NCBI GenBank assembly: GCA_022841445.1
Contig: JALHRM010000001.1
Location: 259,777-323,776 of the forward strand
Direction: 5' to 3'
From: Candidatus Saccharimonadota bacterium
GTDB lineage: Bacteria > Patescibacteriota > Saccharimonadia > Saccharimonadales > UBA10212
DNA length: 64,000 nt
Within the stretch, counting starts at the first letter, position 1; every line of letters starts with the position of its first letter. The notes below the pieces were generated by a model. That model made no database searches. It was not told the origin of the DNA and saw only the letters and a list, made by a program, of their open reading frames with translations. The position numbers and the translations under genes were made by a program. Below, piece after piece: positions 10,057 through 19,281 of this stretch.

Positions 10057-11064
10057 TCATAGTAGGTTTATCTCTCGGTCAAGGTGTGGCGATGGCGCGA
10101 CCCCCTCGCCTTTAGTTACAATCGGCACGGTTAGATCATTAAAGTTCTTCAATTGTTGGCGGGTAGCCGTATCCGGATTGTAGGCGTCGTAGTACAGCTC
10201 AATAAGTTCTTGAGTATCCAGCGGCAAACCCTGGACGCCGCACTGCATAAGTCCCTGTAAAACGGCCTGCACACGGTTACGAAGTTCGGTTTTTGCTTGC
10301 TCTAGTGTCGCCTCATTGATAACTACTTTTGTTTCTTTGTTTTGGAAAAGTCCCATAAAGTTACTGACGAATCCAGTGCTTTGCTTAACGGCTTTTCTAA
10401 TGTCGTCGTCCGGATCGGGATATGTGATAACGACATAAAATTTCTTGTCCATGATGTTGGTTTGCTGCGAAATATCCGACAAAAAGGCAATGTAGTCTTC
10501 CATCAGCAGAGCAAGCAGCATGTTGTCATGCTCGCTGCGAATTTTGTCCAGTTTCTCTAAGTATGGCCTGATATCAATTCGCTGACTGCGGATAAATATC
10601 TGAATTGGGTAGTACAGCGAATTCAAAAAACCTTGATAGCTAAACTCGACCGCTTCTCGTTCCTGCGGGCTCATAAGATCAAAGTTAATTGCCTTACACA
10701 TCATTACCGCCCGGAATGTGCCATCGCTCATTATTACAATGCCGTCACGAATTTCGGCAATCTGCAGTGTGTTTTGAGTGCTATTCGGGTTCGATTTAGG
10801 CGGCGGGGGTTGCAGGTGCGGAGGCAATGTACCGCCAGGCATCATCTGCTGTCCAGGCATTGGTTGTCCGGGCATTTGCTGCATCGGTGGGTGACCAAAC
10901 TGTGCCGGTTGTGTTGCCCCGGGAGCGGTGCCGTATCCATAAGTCGGCACCGCTTGCGGTATGCTGGCAGCTTGTCCTGTGCCGGTAGTTTGTGGCGCGG
11001 TCATCGGCCTCGTAGGCGGCTGCCCGGGGGGCATAGGCTGTGGTGTTGGCTGCGTCGGATTCAT
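10057..11064 (-). CDS. Conserved T4SS component (TraC/VirB4 N-terminal-like domain) with a Pro/Gln/Met-rich N-terminus
   Basis: STQNTLQIAEIRDG...INFDLMS..E...FLNSL..PIQI...ELIELYY pattern; sits between the prgI-like gene and virB4. Confidence 0.75.
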   Translation of the reverse strand: MNPTQPTPQPMPPGQPPTRPMTAPQTTGTGQAASIPQAVPTYGYGTAPGATQPAQFGHPPMQQMPGQPMPGQQMMPGGTLPPHLQPPPPKSNPNSTQNTLQIAEIRDGIVIMSDGTFRAVMMCKAINFDLMSPQEREAVEFSYQGFLNSLYYPIQIFIRSQRIDIRPYLEKLDKIRSEHDNMLLALLMEDYIAFLSDISQQTNIMDKKFYVVITYPDPDDDIRKAVKQSTGFVSNFMGLFQNKETKVVINEATLEQAKTELRNRVQAVLQGLMQCGVQGLPLDTQELIELYYDAYNPDTATRQQLKNFNDLTVPIVTKGEGVAPSPHLDREINLL

Positions 11065-11090
11065 AAATAATTACCCACCTTAGATCACGC

Positions 11091-12521
11091 TTAATGAAGT
11101 GATATGACGACCTCGCCATCGTCATTGACCTGGACTTGCTTTAACTTTCGCTCGGCTTCTTTTGACAGCGTTGCGACGGTAATTTCCTGGTTCAGATCCC
11201 TGTTCTCTGCTAAGTCCATTATAGCAGCTTGGTGGCCTTCGGAAGGAGTATTTTGTTGCTCACCTGTTGACATTGCTGTGACAATATCTAGTTCCTCGGA
11301 CGGTTGGGTTCTGGTGGTTTGTGTCGGCTCGCTTGGTGCCATATCGGGCATAGGAACCGGTGGCAGAACTGCTTGTGGTGAGCTATCTGCTGGCGCGGTG
11401 TCTCGAATAGCCGTATTTACAAGTTCTGGTTCTTGGGGTGGTGTCGCTACGACTGCGGTTGCTGGTTGCTGCATCGGCGGTGGAGTCGCCGGTAGTGGTG
11501 CTTGTTGCGGCGTGGTTACTGCCGGGTCTTGTGGTTGATTGTCGGCTGGCGGAGTTCCGGTGACCAACTGACCGGAGTCAGGCAGTACTGTGTTTAAGTG
11601 AGAACTCAGCCTCGCTTTTTGTTCCTGATCAAGCTGCTGGTGTTTGTGGATTTCTTCAAGTATGGCTTGTTCTTCTGGGTTGTACTGCGACACAACCGAC
11701 GATACGGCGGGGGGCTCTTGCTTGTTTAGGTAGGCCGGTGGTTTGGGTGCTTTAGGCGCCTTTCGAGCAACAGTACCCGTAGTGGGCTGAGTGAGGACAC
11801 CTGCTTGGTTTTGTTGTTTTAGTGTTTCTAGGTCGCTCGGCGCATCAAGCACTGCTTGCCGAGCGGCATCAATTTTACGCAGAATCTCTTTCTTGTAGGC
11901 GGCAGTTTTTTGTTGCACCATGGCATCAACCTGGTGGGCTTTGACGTTACGGTTAGGGTCAAGCATATCGTCTTCGGCTCGTACGGCTATCGTCGGCACG
12001 GCCTGGGGCAAGCTGGCCGAGCGTACTAGTCTATCAGAACCTTGGTCGGTCGGCGGTCCGGAGTATGTGTTTACATTTACATTCTTAACTGCCCAACCGC
12101 GGCTATCTAGTGTGGCGGCCAGTGCTTCGAGCCTGCTTTTTACTTCGTTTTGGCTAAGACCGTCAGTGTAATGTTTTTCTTCGGTTTTAGGAGCGGTTAT
12201 GGTCACTAATTCTTTTAGGCCGGATTGATCCCAGGTATGTCGCTGCGGCTTAAAGTAAAAACTGAGCCGTGCTATCAGCCAGTCTTCTGTTGACTGCACT
12301 CCCCCTAAAGGTGTTGCTAATAATCCAAACAAAAGCATCGGCGGAGTAAAAATAAGCACAAACGGCCACCGAAGCGGACCAAGCCCGGTGGCGGTAACCA
12401 GTTTGAAATTTATAAAAGCAAATATAAGCGCTATTGCCGCATAGACAAAGCCCTTGAGTGTCAAAAACCCGATTAATCGGTCTTCGGACTCAATGTCCTG
12501 AATAACCTTATACACCGCCAT
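11091..12521 (-). CDS. PrgI-family (VirB3-like) membrane protein with a long Pro/Gln-rich C-terminal extension
   Basis: N-terminal YKVIQDIESEDRLIGFLTLKGF followed by two TMs is the PrgI pattern; first gene of the virB4 operon. Confidence 0.8.
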   Translation of the reverse strand: MAVYKVIQDIESEDRLIGFLTLKGFVYAAIALIFAFINFKLVTATGLGPLRWPFVLIFTPPMLLFGLLATPLGGVQSTEDWLIARLSFYFKPQRHTWDQSGLKELVTITAPKTEEKHYTDGLSQNEVKSRLEALAATLDSRGWAVKNVNVNTYSGPPTDQGSDRLVRSASLPQAVPTIAVRAEDDMLDPNRNVKAHQVDAMVQQKTAAYKKEILRKIDAARQAVLDAPSDLETLKQQNQAGVLTQPTTGTVARKAPKAPKPPAYLNKQEPPAVSSVVSQYNPEEQAILEEIHKHQQLDQEQKARLSSHLNTVLPDSGQLVTGTPPADNQPQDPAVTTPQQAPLPATPPPMQQPATAVVATPPQEPELVNTAIRDTAPADSSPQAVLPPVPMPDMAPSEPTQTTRTQPSEELDIVTAMSTGEQQNTPSEGHQAAIMDLAENRDLNQEITVATLSKEAERKLKQVQVNDDGEVVISLH

Positions 12522-12582
12522 ACCCTACTAGTATCTGACAGATGACCGCTTATGGCAATATGGCGCTACATATTTTTCAATA

Positions 12583-12614
12583 AAAACAGCCCGGTATGTG
12601 CGACGGGCTGTTTT
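12583..12614. terminator. Bidirectional intrinsic terminator-like hairpin
   Basis: AAAACAGCCCG-N10-CGGGCTGTTTT just downstream of ORF 12634..14055(-). Confidence 0.75.
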
Positions 12615-12633
12615 ATCTGATCAGTGCAGTGCT

Positions 12634-14055
12634 CTAGGGGACGAGCTTTGAGATGTCTTTTCGAAGTTGTTTTAGCTTGTCCTTATTTTTTTGAATCTCT
12701 TCGGCAAGTCTTTGCTTGCCGTTTTCGCCAGCCTTAATTCGGTTCATTGCTCTGCTGTCTATGCTGTTTCGCTGCAGCTCCTCGAGTCTACTCAGGGTTT
12801 CTTCGTACGAAGCTCTCATTCGAGCGCCTTCCGCCGAAATCCTAGTGGCTTCGCTACTACCGCCAAGTGACTGAGCTGCCTTTACTTCTGCTGCTACCAT
12901 ATCGTCAATTTTTTCAAGAGGTGCAGCCCCAAATATCACCTTTTCGCGTTCACTTTTACCTGACATCATAGCTTTCATGACAACTTTGGTCTTGCCTTTT
13001 CGCATCCATTCCGCTGTCTTGCTGCCCTTTTCGCCGTTTGTTTGCAGCATACCGTTAAACTTTGCTTCGTTTATGGTGGCTTCGGTTTTAAAACCACCGA
13101 TGTCACTCGTCTTATTTTCTTTATAGCGCTTGGGAGTTGCTTTGGCAAAGGCTAACGCTTTGTTGCCTAGTTTGCGCGCCAGTTTTTTAGCGCGTGCAAC
13201 CTGCTCACCCCCGGCAGATTCTTCGTAATGAGGGCCATTTTTCAGACTTTCTACAGGCATGCGGACTGTTTCGTCGACACCCTGAATTCTTACAAACATA
13301 GCGTCGCTGGCTTCGTCTATCGTGAAGTCGATAATCTCGCCTTCACCCCCGTCGTAAGGTATTTTGTCGCCCTTTTTCCAGCCTTTTTCTCCGGCTGCTT
13401 TTTCGGCAGCATTTACTTCGGCCGGTTCGGGTGCATCTTCAGCTTCGGCACCAACTACTCTTTCGCCCGCAGCTGGGATCGGCGTGGTTGGTTCGGCATC
13501 TTCTGGGCTCGGTGCAGCTTCAGCTGCTGGAGTTTCTCCTAGCAAACCTTTGACTCTCCCATCAGGTGTAAAGACTTCGTTCCAGGGGTCGTTTACGGCA
13601 GGTCTTTCAGCGGGTTCTTCTCCGCCTGTGCCTGCCGCAGGTTTAGCTCGCTCGGAGTCACCCCCCACAATTCGATTACCGCGTACACTCAGAGGCTTTC
13701 GGATTGGGGGCGCAGCTGGCTGAGGTGTGTCTGGTGATGGTTCAGGCACCTCGCGAGTACCAGCGGTTAGTTCAAGTGGGCGTTGTGGCGCTTCGCCGCC
13801 GATAACAAAATCGCTGCCAGGTGTTGGGGTTTCTACTGCAGCACCGCTGGCCGTCCAGTCTATGTCATTTGGCGCGCCAAATGATCGCTCGGATGTCTCT
13901 GGCGGAGCGACTGATTCCCCAGGTTCGAGGTCACTTGCAAGCCCTTCACGATCAACCCCAAGCTGGTGCGCAAGAGCGTCTATTGCATCTGAATCAATAC
14001 CCTCTTGTGGGGCTCGAAATGACTGTCCGTCTTGTCCGGGGGCTTCTGCACTCAT
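12634..14055 (-). CDS. Hypothetical protein inside the T4SS locus (acidic Pro/Ala/Glu-rich N-half, basic coiled-coil C-half)
   Basis: 473-aa ORF with its own TTGACA-17-TAATTT promoter, AAGGA RBS and downstream terminator; no recognisable family motif. Confidence 0.75.
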   Translation of the reverse strand: MSAEAPGQDGQSFRAPQEGIDSDAIDALAHQLGVDREGLASDLEPGESVAPPETSERSFGAPNDIDWTASGAAVETPTPGSDFVIGGEAPQRPLELTAGTREVPEPSPDTPQPAAPPIRKPLSVRGNRIVGGDSERAKPAAGTGGEEPAERPAVNDPWNEVFTPDGRVKGLLGETPAAEAAPSPEDAEPTTPIPAAGERVVGAEAEDAPEPAEVNAAEKAAGEKGWKKGDKIPYDGGEGEIIDFTIDEASDAMFVRIQGVDETVRMPVESLKNGPHYEESAGGEQVARAKKLARKLGNKALAFAKATPKRYKENKTSDIGGFKTEATINEAKFNGMLQTNGEKGSKTAEWMRKGKTKVVMKAMMSGKSEREKVIFGAAPLEKIDDMVAAEVKAAQSLGGSSEATRISAEGARMRASYEETLSRLEELQRNSIDSRAMNRIKAGENGKQRLAEEIQKNKDKLKQLRKDISKLVP

Positions 14056-14206
14056 AGTATTTATAAAATCCTTTTGTAGTATCTTTGTTTTTGTTGTTTG
14101 ATGATACTAAATTAGCACAGATTATGTAAATTGTCAATATTGTTTACTGGAATAAACAAAAAACAGCAGATTTTAAAGTATGAGTCGCAATTCTATAAAT
14201 TTATGC

Positions 14207-16447
14207 CTAGTACGGTTTTCTTCGGTCTTGTTGTCTTCTTTTTGCTTCCTGGGAAGCAGAGGGACGTCCGGCGAGGGGGTCTGACGGTGGTGGTGCAACG
14301 CCACCTGGAGACCCATAACCCCCTCCAGGGATGCCGCCACTTGCAGTTGGTGTTGTGCCTCGACCGTAAAGCTCCTTGGTCTTTACATCAACCAGTTCTC
14401 GGTAGTCTTTCACAGTTCGTGGACCATCTACGGTATCTACAGCATGCCCAGCATACAGTTTTGCAAGACCATCCCCTATTCCCCCATTCTTTTTTGGATC
14501 GCCGAGTTCTGATTTACTACCAAACAGACCTGCCGCCGCCTGTGGGTTAAGCGCCACAAATTGGTCTATTACTTTGCGGGCGGATTCTTGCGTGTCATCA
14601 TCTAGAGTCGTTAAGCTACGTACAAAGCCGTGGTGTGAGCCAAGCATTTCTTGAGCCGTCATCGCATTGAGGCCTACTCCACCCTCAATGCCGTTTCTAT
14701 CTAGTACTGCTTGAGTCCTGGCGTCTCCATCACCATACATGGCAACTTGCATAGCATCTTCTCGTGACATTTTCATTAGTTGCGGAACCATGTCACGGGC
14801 ACTGGAGTGAACGGCTTTATAGAGTCGATCATCCCTACCAAGTGCTGCCCTGTACGCCTCTACTGTACCTTCTTGATCGTCCCTTAACTTCCCTTTATCG
14901 TCATACATTAAATCTCTCAATGTGCCGAATTCACCATTTTGAATAAGCTGAGCAATTGCTGCTTCTTTTTGCTCGTGATCGCCGTTTCTTGCCAAATCAA
15001 CTAATGCATCCGCAGACCTGCCTCCGTGCTTGACGGTTTGTGCACCAGCTTGTGACGCCAAAGCTGCCTTGCGCTTGCTCTCTTCTTCGTTGTGGTGAAT
15101 AACTGAATCTTGCAGACCTCTCTCCGTAAACTTACCGCTAGTAGCCCTGGCTCGTAGGTTTTGCATGCTGTATTTCTTTTTCCTCGGGTCGTATAGCTCG
15201 GTACCTCGTTCTGCGCGGTTTCGGTCTCTGCGCCCTTCAAGCGCTTTGCGGCCTTTGCCGGATAAGCCTTGGCTCGCGCCGTTAGCAACGTTGGCCAAGG
15301 CGCCGAGTGCTTGGCCGCCCAGGGCGAATGTTTTGGATATCAAAAAGAACGGTGCGAAAAATCCGACGAATATAAACAGTGTTTTTAGTATTCCAAAGGA
15401 TGCATCTACTTCACCAAATACCGCTCCGGGCCATAGTGCAAACATACCTACGTCCACATCAGTAAGAGTGCTTGATGTAGAAATCTTGGCAAATATCCGA
15501 CCAGCAGCAATCATCGCAATAATAAGCGGGAACATAATTAGTAATTTGGTAAATGTTTCGTACCATAACTTCCAGTATTTGCTAGTACCGGGTAGTATCC
15601 AAAAGGCTAAAGCTAGCGGAGCGAAAATAAGGCTCAGAATAATAAGGATTTGTCGGAGTACAAGCACAAAATAGCCGATTATCAGCGCGACTACTGCGCC
15701 AAACGCTACAGGTGTCAAAAACCCGAATAGTAGCGCAGCTGCTGCTACTCCAAGCCCGCCAACAAGCAGGATTGATTGGAATACTCCACCACTACTTTCA
15801 TACGTATCTGTACCTACAAGATTCTTGAGGGTCATTTCCTGCGGCCCCCCGAACGGGGCATACATAAGGTCACCAATACCGTTACCTACGGCATTTACCA
15901 TGTCAATAACGAATATAAGCAACGGCCAAGAAACCTGTATCAGTATTACGGCAATCAGTAGTTTAGGAAGCGCTCGTTTGAGTGAATAGGCATCGAATGG
16001 CCCCCAATCCACCGCCTGAGAAATTACCATAACCAGCATTACTATTATCAGTACTACTGTAGTAAGGTTTCTGATAATGCTCCATGCTCTCTGTATGCTG
16101 TTAACATCATCCGTTTTATAGCTATTTATGTCGAAATCAAGAATTTTGGTAATACCAGCATCGAGAGTATCAATCGTGCCGTCCAATCCTCTTAGCGCGC
16201 CGCAAAGCAGGAATCCAAATCCAAAAGTGGCTTTGGATTCACAGGTTTCGTCTTCTGGTGCGTCTTCGGGCGGGTCGGCAGGTGGAGTTTGTGCAAAGTG
16301 GACACCGACGGGGTTGCTTAAAGCGACAGAAGTGACCGGTTCGCTGCCTTGTGCTTTAGCTGTAGCCGGATTTATGAACGAAGGCATCAGACTCAAAGTC
16401 AGCACGGGCAAAAAAAGCCCAAGCATGATTTTGAAGCGAGTACTCAT
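14207..16447 (-). CDS. VirB6/TrbL-like polytopic T4SS membrane protein with a cytoplasmic C-terminal extension
   Basis: Multiple TMs at aa ~120-380 with W..IRNL, LPKLLIA and R..LI.LS..FAPLA...WILPGT..YWK.W; divergent from the pilin array. Confidence 0.8.
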   Translation of the reverse strand: MSTRFKIMLGLFLPVLTLSLMPSFINPATAKAQGSEPVTSVALSNPVGVHFAQTPPADPPEDAPEDETCESKATFGFGFLLCGALRGLDGTIDTLDAGITKILDFDINSYKTDDVNSIQRAWSIIRNLTTVVLIIVMLVMVISQAVDWGPFDAYSLKRALPKLLIAVILIQVSWPLLIFVIDMVNAVGNGIGDLMYAPFGGPQEMTLKNLVGTDTYESSGGVFQSILLVGGLGVAAAALLFGFLTPVAFGAVVALIIGYFVLVLRQILIILSLIFAPLALAFWILPGTSKYWKLWYETFTKLLIMFPLIIAMIAAGRIFAKISTSSTLTDVDVGMFALWPGAVFGEVDASFGILKTLFIFVGFFAPFFLISKTFALGGQALGALANVANGASQGLSGKGRKALEGRRDRNRAERGTELYDPRKKKYSMQNLRARATSGKFTERGLQDSVIHHNEEESKRKAALASQAGAQTVKHGGRSADALVDLARNGDHEQKEAAIAQLIQNGEFGTLRDLMYDDKGKLRDDQEGTVEAYRAALGRDDRLYKAVHSSARDMVPQLMKMSREDAMQVAMYGDGDARTQAVLDRNGIEGGVGLNAMTAQEMLGSHHGFVRSLTTLDDDTQESARKVIDQFVALNPQAAAGLFGSKSELGDPKKNGGIGDGLAKLYAGHAVDTVDGPRTVKDYRELVDVKTKELYGRGTTPTASGGIPGGGYGSPGGVAPPPSDPLAGRPSASQEAKRRQQDRRKPY

Positions 16448-16525
16448 TTGTTTTGACTATAGCACAACAGTTTTGAGCGGACAATTTACCGGCTACAGTA
16501 AATTTTGGTATAGTTAGCCATTAGA

Positions 16526-17173
16526 ATGTTGCTTAATAAAATATGGGCACGAAATTTTATGAACGTTGTACTGGCGGTGCTGCTTGTGGCCGGCTTTACT
16601 GCCACAGCAGTAACGTTTCAAATGGGGCTTGCTGAAGCCGCACCTTCGAAATGCTATGCCAGAAACGCGGCGGGTAAAGTCCAGCACTCTTCTTGTAATG
16701 GCTTAACGGCAGCCCAGCGCCGCATAAATGACAAATGCTTTTTAGCGCAAACAATCGGTGGTGCATATACCCAGGCGGGTGATCTTGGTAGTGGAGTCTG
16801 TAATTCTCTGCAACGGCAGGCTCAAGCCGCACCAGCACCTGGAGGAGGTGCTCCAGACGAAGATCAAACGTTGGGTGCAGGTGGCACTGCTGGCTGTAGT
16901 GGCACGGTAAATTTACAGAACTGCGTAAAAAATAATCCAATTGTTACTAAAGTGCTTCGCCCCTTGGTGTTGTTTTTGAGTGCGGTGGTTGCGATTGTAA
17001 TCATAGGTAGTTTAATTGTTGCGGGTATCCAGTATTCTGCAGCACAGGACAACCCTCAGATGGTTCAAAAATCGAAAGATCGTATCCGTAATGCGCTTAT
17101 TGCGCTTGGAGCGTTTATGTTCGCTCTTGCCGGTTTACAGTACTTAATCCCCGGGGGCATAATTAGCTTATGA
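16526..17173 (+). CDS. VirB2/TrbC-like T4SS pilin 1 (extended Cys-rich N-terminal domain)
   Basis: Signal peptide, six Cys, C-terminal hydrophobic hairpin VAIVIIGSLIVAGIQY...KSKDRIRNALIAL. Confidence 0.8.
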   Translation: MLLNKIWARNFMNVVLAVLLVAGFTATAVTFQMGLAEAAPSKCYARNAAGKVQHSSCNGLTAAQRRINDKCFLAQTIGGAYTQAGDLGSGVCNSLQRQAQAAPAPGGGAPDEDQTLGAGGTAGCSGTVNLQNCVKNNPIVTKVLRPLVLFLSAVVAIVIIGSLIVAGIQYSAAQDNPQMVQKSKDRIRNALIALGAFMFALAGLQYLIPGGIISL

Positions 17174-17589
17174 TCACGTACGCTTTGGCCTGGCTGGTCA
17201 CCACTTTCCCAAGTTTTGCTCAGACTCCGGCGGTATGTGAGAAAAAAGGTTTTCTTGGACTGCCGGCGTGGTATGAATATCTACCCGATGCCGCCTTCAA
17301 GGCGGACGGCGTGGGGGGGTGCTTAATTGATTTAAAGTTCGATGGTCCGGCTGGTCCGAATGTGCTTATACCTATTGGGTTAGCCGTACTAGATGGCTTG
17401 CTAAGAATAGCTGGAGTCGTGGCTGTTATTTTTGTAATCGTTGCTGGATTTAACTTCATAACTTCGGCTGGTAGTCCAGATAAAGCCGCTTCAGCACGGC
17501 AACAAGCTATTAATGCTCTTGTTGGTGCGGCAATTGCCATTAGCGCAGCAGCAATCGTGCAGTTTGTCGGTGGAAGGATTGCTGGATGA
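17170..17589 (+). CDS. VirB2/TrbC-like T4SS pilin 2
   Basis: FLGLPAWYEYL N-domain, then AGVVAVIFVIVAGFNFITSAGSPDKAASARQQAINALVG pilin hairpin. Confidence 0.85.
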   Translation: MITYALAWLVTTFPSFAQTPAVCEKKGFLGLPAWYEYLPDAAFKADGVGGCLIDLKFDGPAGPNVLIPIGLAVLDGLLRIAGVVAVIFVIVAGFNFITSAGSPDKAASARQQAINALVGAAIAISAAAIVQFVGGRIAG

Positions 17590-17873
17590 TTGAATACTTG
17601 GCGTACCAGATATTTTTTGGAGGCCCAATTAAAGACTCTCTGCCGCAAGTTGCTGCCGACGAAGGAGCATTCGCCAGAGGCCTTAATATTATTTTTGTTC
17701 TGGCGGGTGCAATCACTGTTTTGGTCATAACTGTAGCCGGGCTATTCTACGTACTTTCTCAGGGCGACCCAAGCAAAACATCGCGTGCTAAAAATGCCAT
17801 TATTTACGCAGCGGTCGGGTTGGTTATTATTGTTCTATCTGGAGTCATCGTTAACTTTGTGTTTCAGTTTTAA
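17586..17873 (+). CDS. VirB2/TrbC-like T4SS pilin 3
   Basis: AGAITVLVITVAGLFYVLSQGDPSKTSRAKNAIIYAAVGL motif. Confidence 0.85.
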   Translation: MIEYLAYQIFFGGPIKDSLPQVAADEGAFARGLNIIFVLAGAITVLVITVAGLFYVLSQGDPSKTSRAKNAIIYAAVGLVIIVLSGVIVNFVFQF

Positions 17874-18283
17874 TGATGAGATGGATAACTAAAAAACTAG
17901 CCATCGTTTTAGCAGCAGTGTTCAGTTTATTGTGTTTATCTGGGTCGGTCGCCTATGCTGGTTTTAACCCTTTGCAAGATGCCTGTAGTGTCCCAAACTC
18001 CGATCAAAGTGCTGTCTGTAAAGAAAAAACTCGCACTGGTAACGATGATCCCATTGCTGGGGATGATGGCATTTTGATAAGAGGCACTCGCGTCATTGCT
18101 ATTGTTGTTGGAGTAGCTGCTACCATCATGATTATTGTTGGCGGCCTAATGTTCATACTGTCCGACGGTAATAGTGATAAGGCGGCGAATGGTAGAAAAA
18201 CTATCATTTACGCAATTGTTGGTATTGTTATTGCGGTGCTCGCCGGCCCTGTTACGCAATTTTTGACAAATCGGGCTCTTTAG
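17873..18283 (+). CDS. VirB2/TrbC-like T4SS pilin 4
   Basis: Signal peptide (AYA), Cys pair, VGVAATIMIIVGGLMFILSDGNSDKAANGRKTIIYAIVG. Confidence 0.87.
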   Translation: MMRWITKKLAIVLAAVFSLLCLSGSVAYAGFNPLQDACSVPNSDQSAVCKEKTRTGNDDPIAGDDGILIRGTRVIAIVVGVAATIMIIVGGLMFILSDGNSDKAANGRKTIIYAIVGIVIAVLAGPVTQFLTNRAL

Positions 18284-18329
18284 ACATAAGCTACTACAGT
18301 AAACCTAAAAAGTGTAATTTTAAGTAACT

Positions 18330-18728
18330 ATGCGAAACAAAACACTCACAATTTTTGCAACCTTAGCACTTATCGCGACTGTATTGTTCCCCGTTTTCAA
18401 TTACGGGATGGCTAATGCTGGATGCCCGGCGAACGCCAGCCCAAAGGATGCCGTTAATTGTGGTGTACAGGCGGCTGGGGGTGATACTTCTGACCCTGAG
18501 ACAAAGATAAATAGTGCCATTGCAGCTGCTATAAACATTTTTTCTTTCGTGGTTGGTTTTGCAGCAGTCATCATGATTATTGTTGGCGGCTTACGGTACA
18601 TCTTGAGCAACGGCGATAGTCAAAAAGTTTCCAGTGCTAAAAACGCTATTATTTACGCCATTGTTGGTCTGGTTATCGTAGCCTTGGCACAAGTGATTGT
18701 GCGGTACGTTTTTAGCCGGGCAACTTAA
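18330..18728 (+). CDS. VirB2/TrbC-like T4SS pilin 5
   Basis: Signal peptide, Cys pair, VGFAAVIMIIVGGLRYILSNGDSQKVSSAKNAIIYAIVG. Confidence 0.88.
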   Translation: MRNKTLTIFATLALIATVLFPVFNYGMANAGCPANASPKDAVNCGVQAAGGDTSDPETKINSAIAAAINIFSFVVGFAAVIMIIVGGLRYILSNGDSQKVSSAKNAIIYAIVGLVIVALAQVIVRYVFSRAT

Positions 18729-18804
18729 AGCCTCTCCGCCATTGCTTAGCATAGGCGTGTTGTGATATAAGTGTTGTCAGAAGTTAATAAATAAGGAACT
18801 TTAT

Positions 18805-19254
18805 ATGCAAAAAATAAAACAATTTGCAGCCATGGTTGCCGCAAGTATCGCACTTGTTGGGGCTTCCCTGTTTGGGGTAGTGGCTGTTGCTTACGCTGGC
18901 TCAGGCGCCAATATTGATGCCAACCTATGTCAAGGAATAAGTCTTGATGCTAACACCGTGAATACCGCAGGTACTGCACCGGCGGACACATGTAGCGAAG
19001 CGGGCGCCAATGATCGTGTTAACAATATCATCAAAACGATCATAAATATCTTTTCACTAGTTGTGGGTGTTGTATCCGTCATCATGATCATTATTGGTGG
19101 CTTTAAGTACATTACCAGTGGTGGTGAAAGCAGTAACGTTACAAGTGCCAAGAATACTATCCTCTACGCTATCATTGGCCTTGTCGTCGTAGCATTGGCA
19201 CAGATTCTCGTACGATTCGTCTTTAGTCGGGCTACTTCAACTGCTGGACCATAA
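18805..19254 (+). CDS. VirB2/TrbC-like T4SS pilin 6
   Basis: TAAGGA RBS, signal peptide, Cys pair, VGVVSVIMIIIGGFKYITSGGESSNVTSAKNTILYAIIG. Confidence 0.88.
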   Translation: MQKIKQFAAMVAASIALVGASLFGVVAVAYAGSGANIDANLCQGISLDANTVNTAGTAPADTCSEAGANDRVNNIIKTIINIFSLVVGVVSVIMIIIGGFKYITSGGESSNVTSAKNTILYAIIGLVVVALAQILVRFVFSRATSTAGP

Positions 19255-19281
19255 GCTAACAAAAGTGGTATAATATATTTT

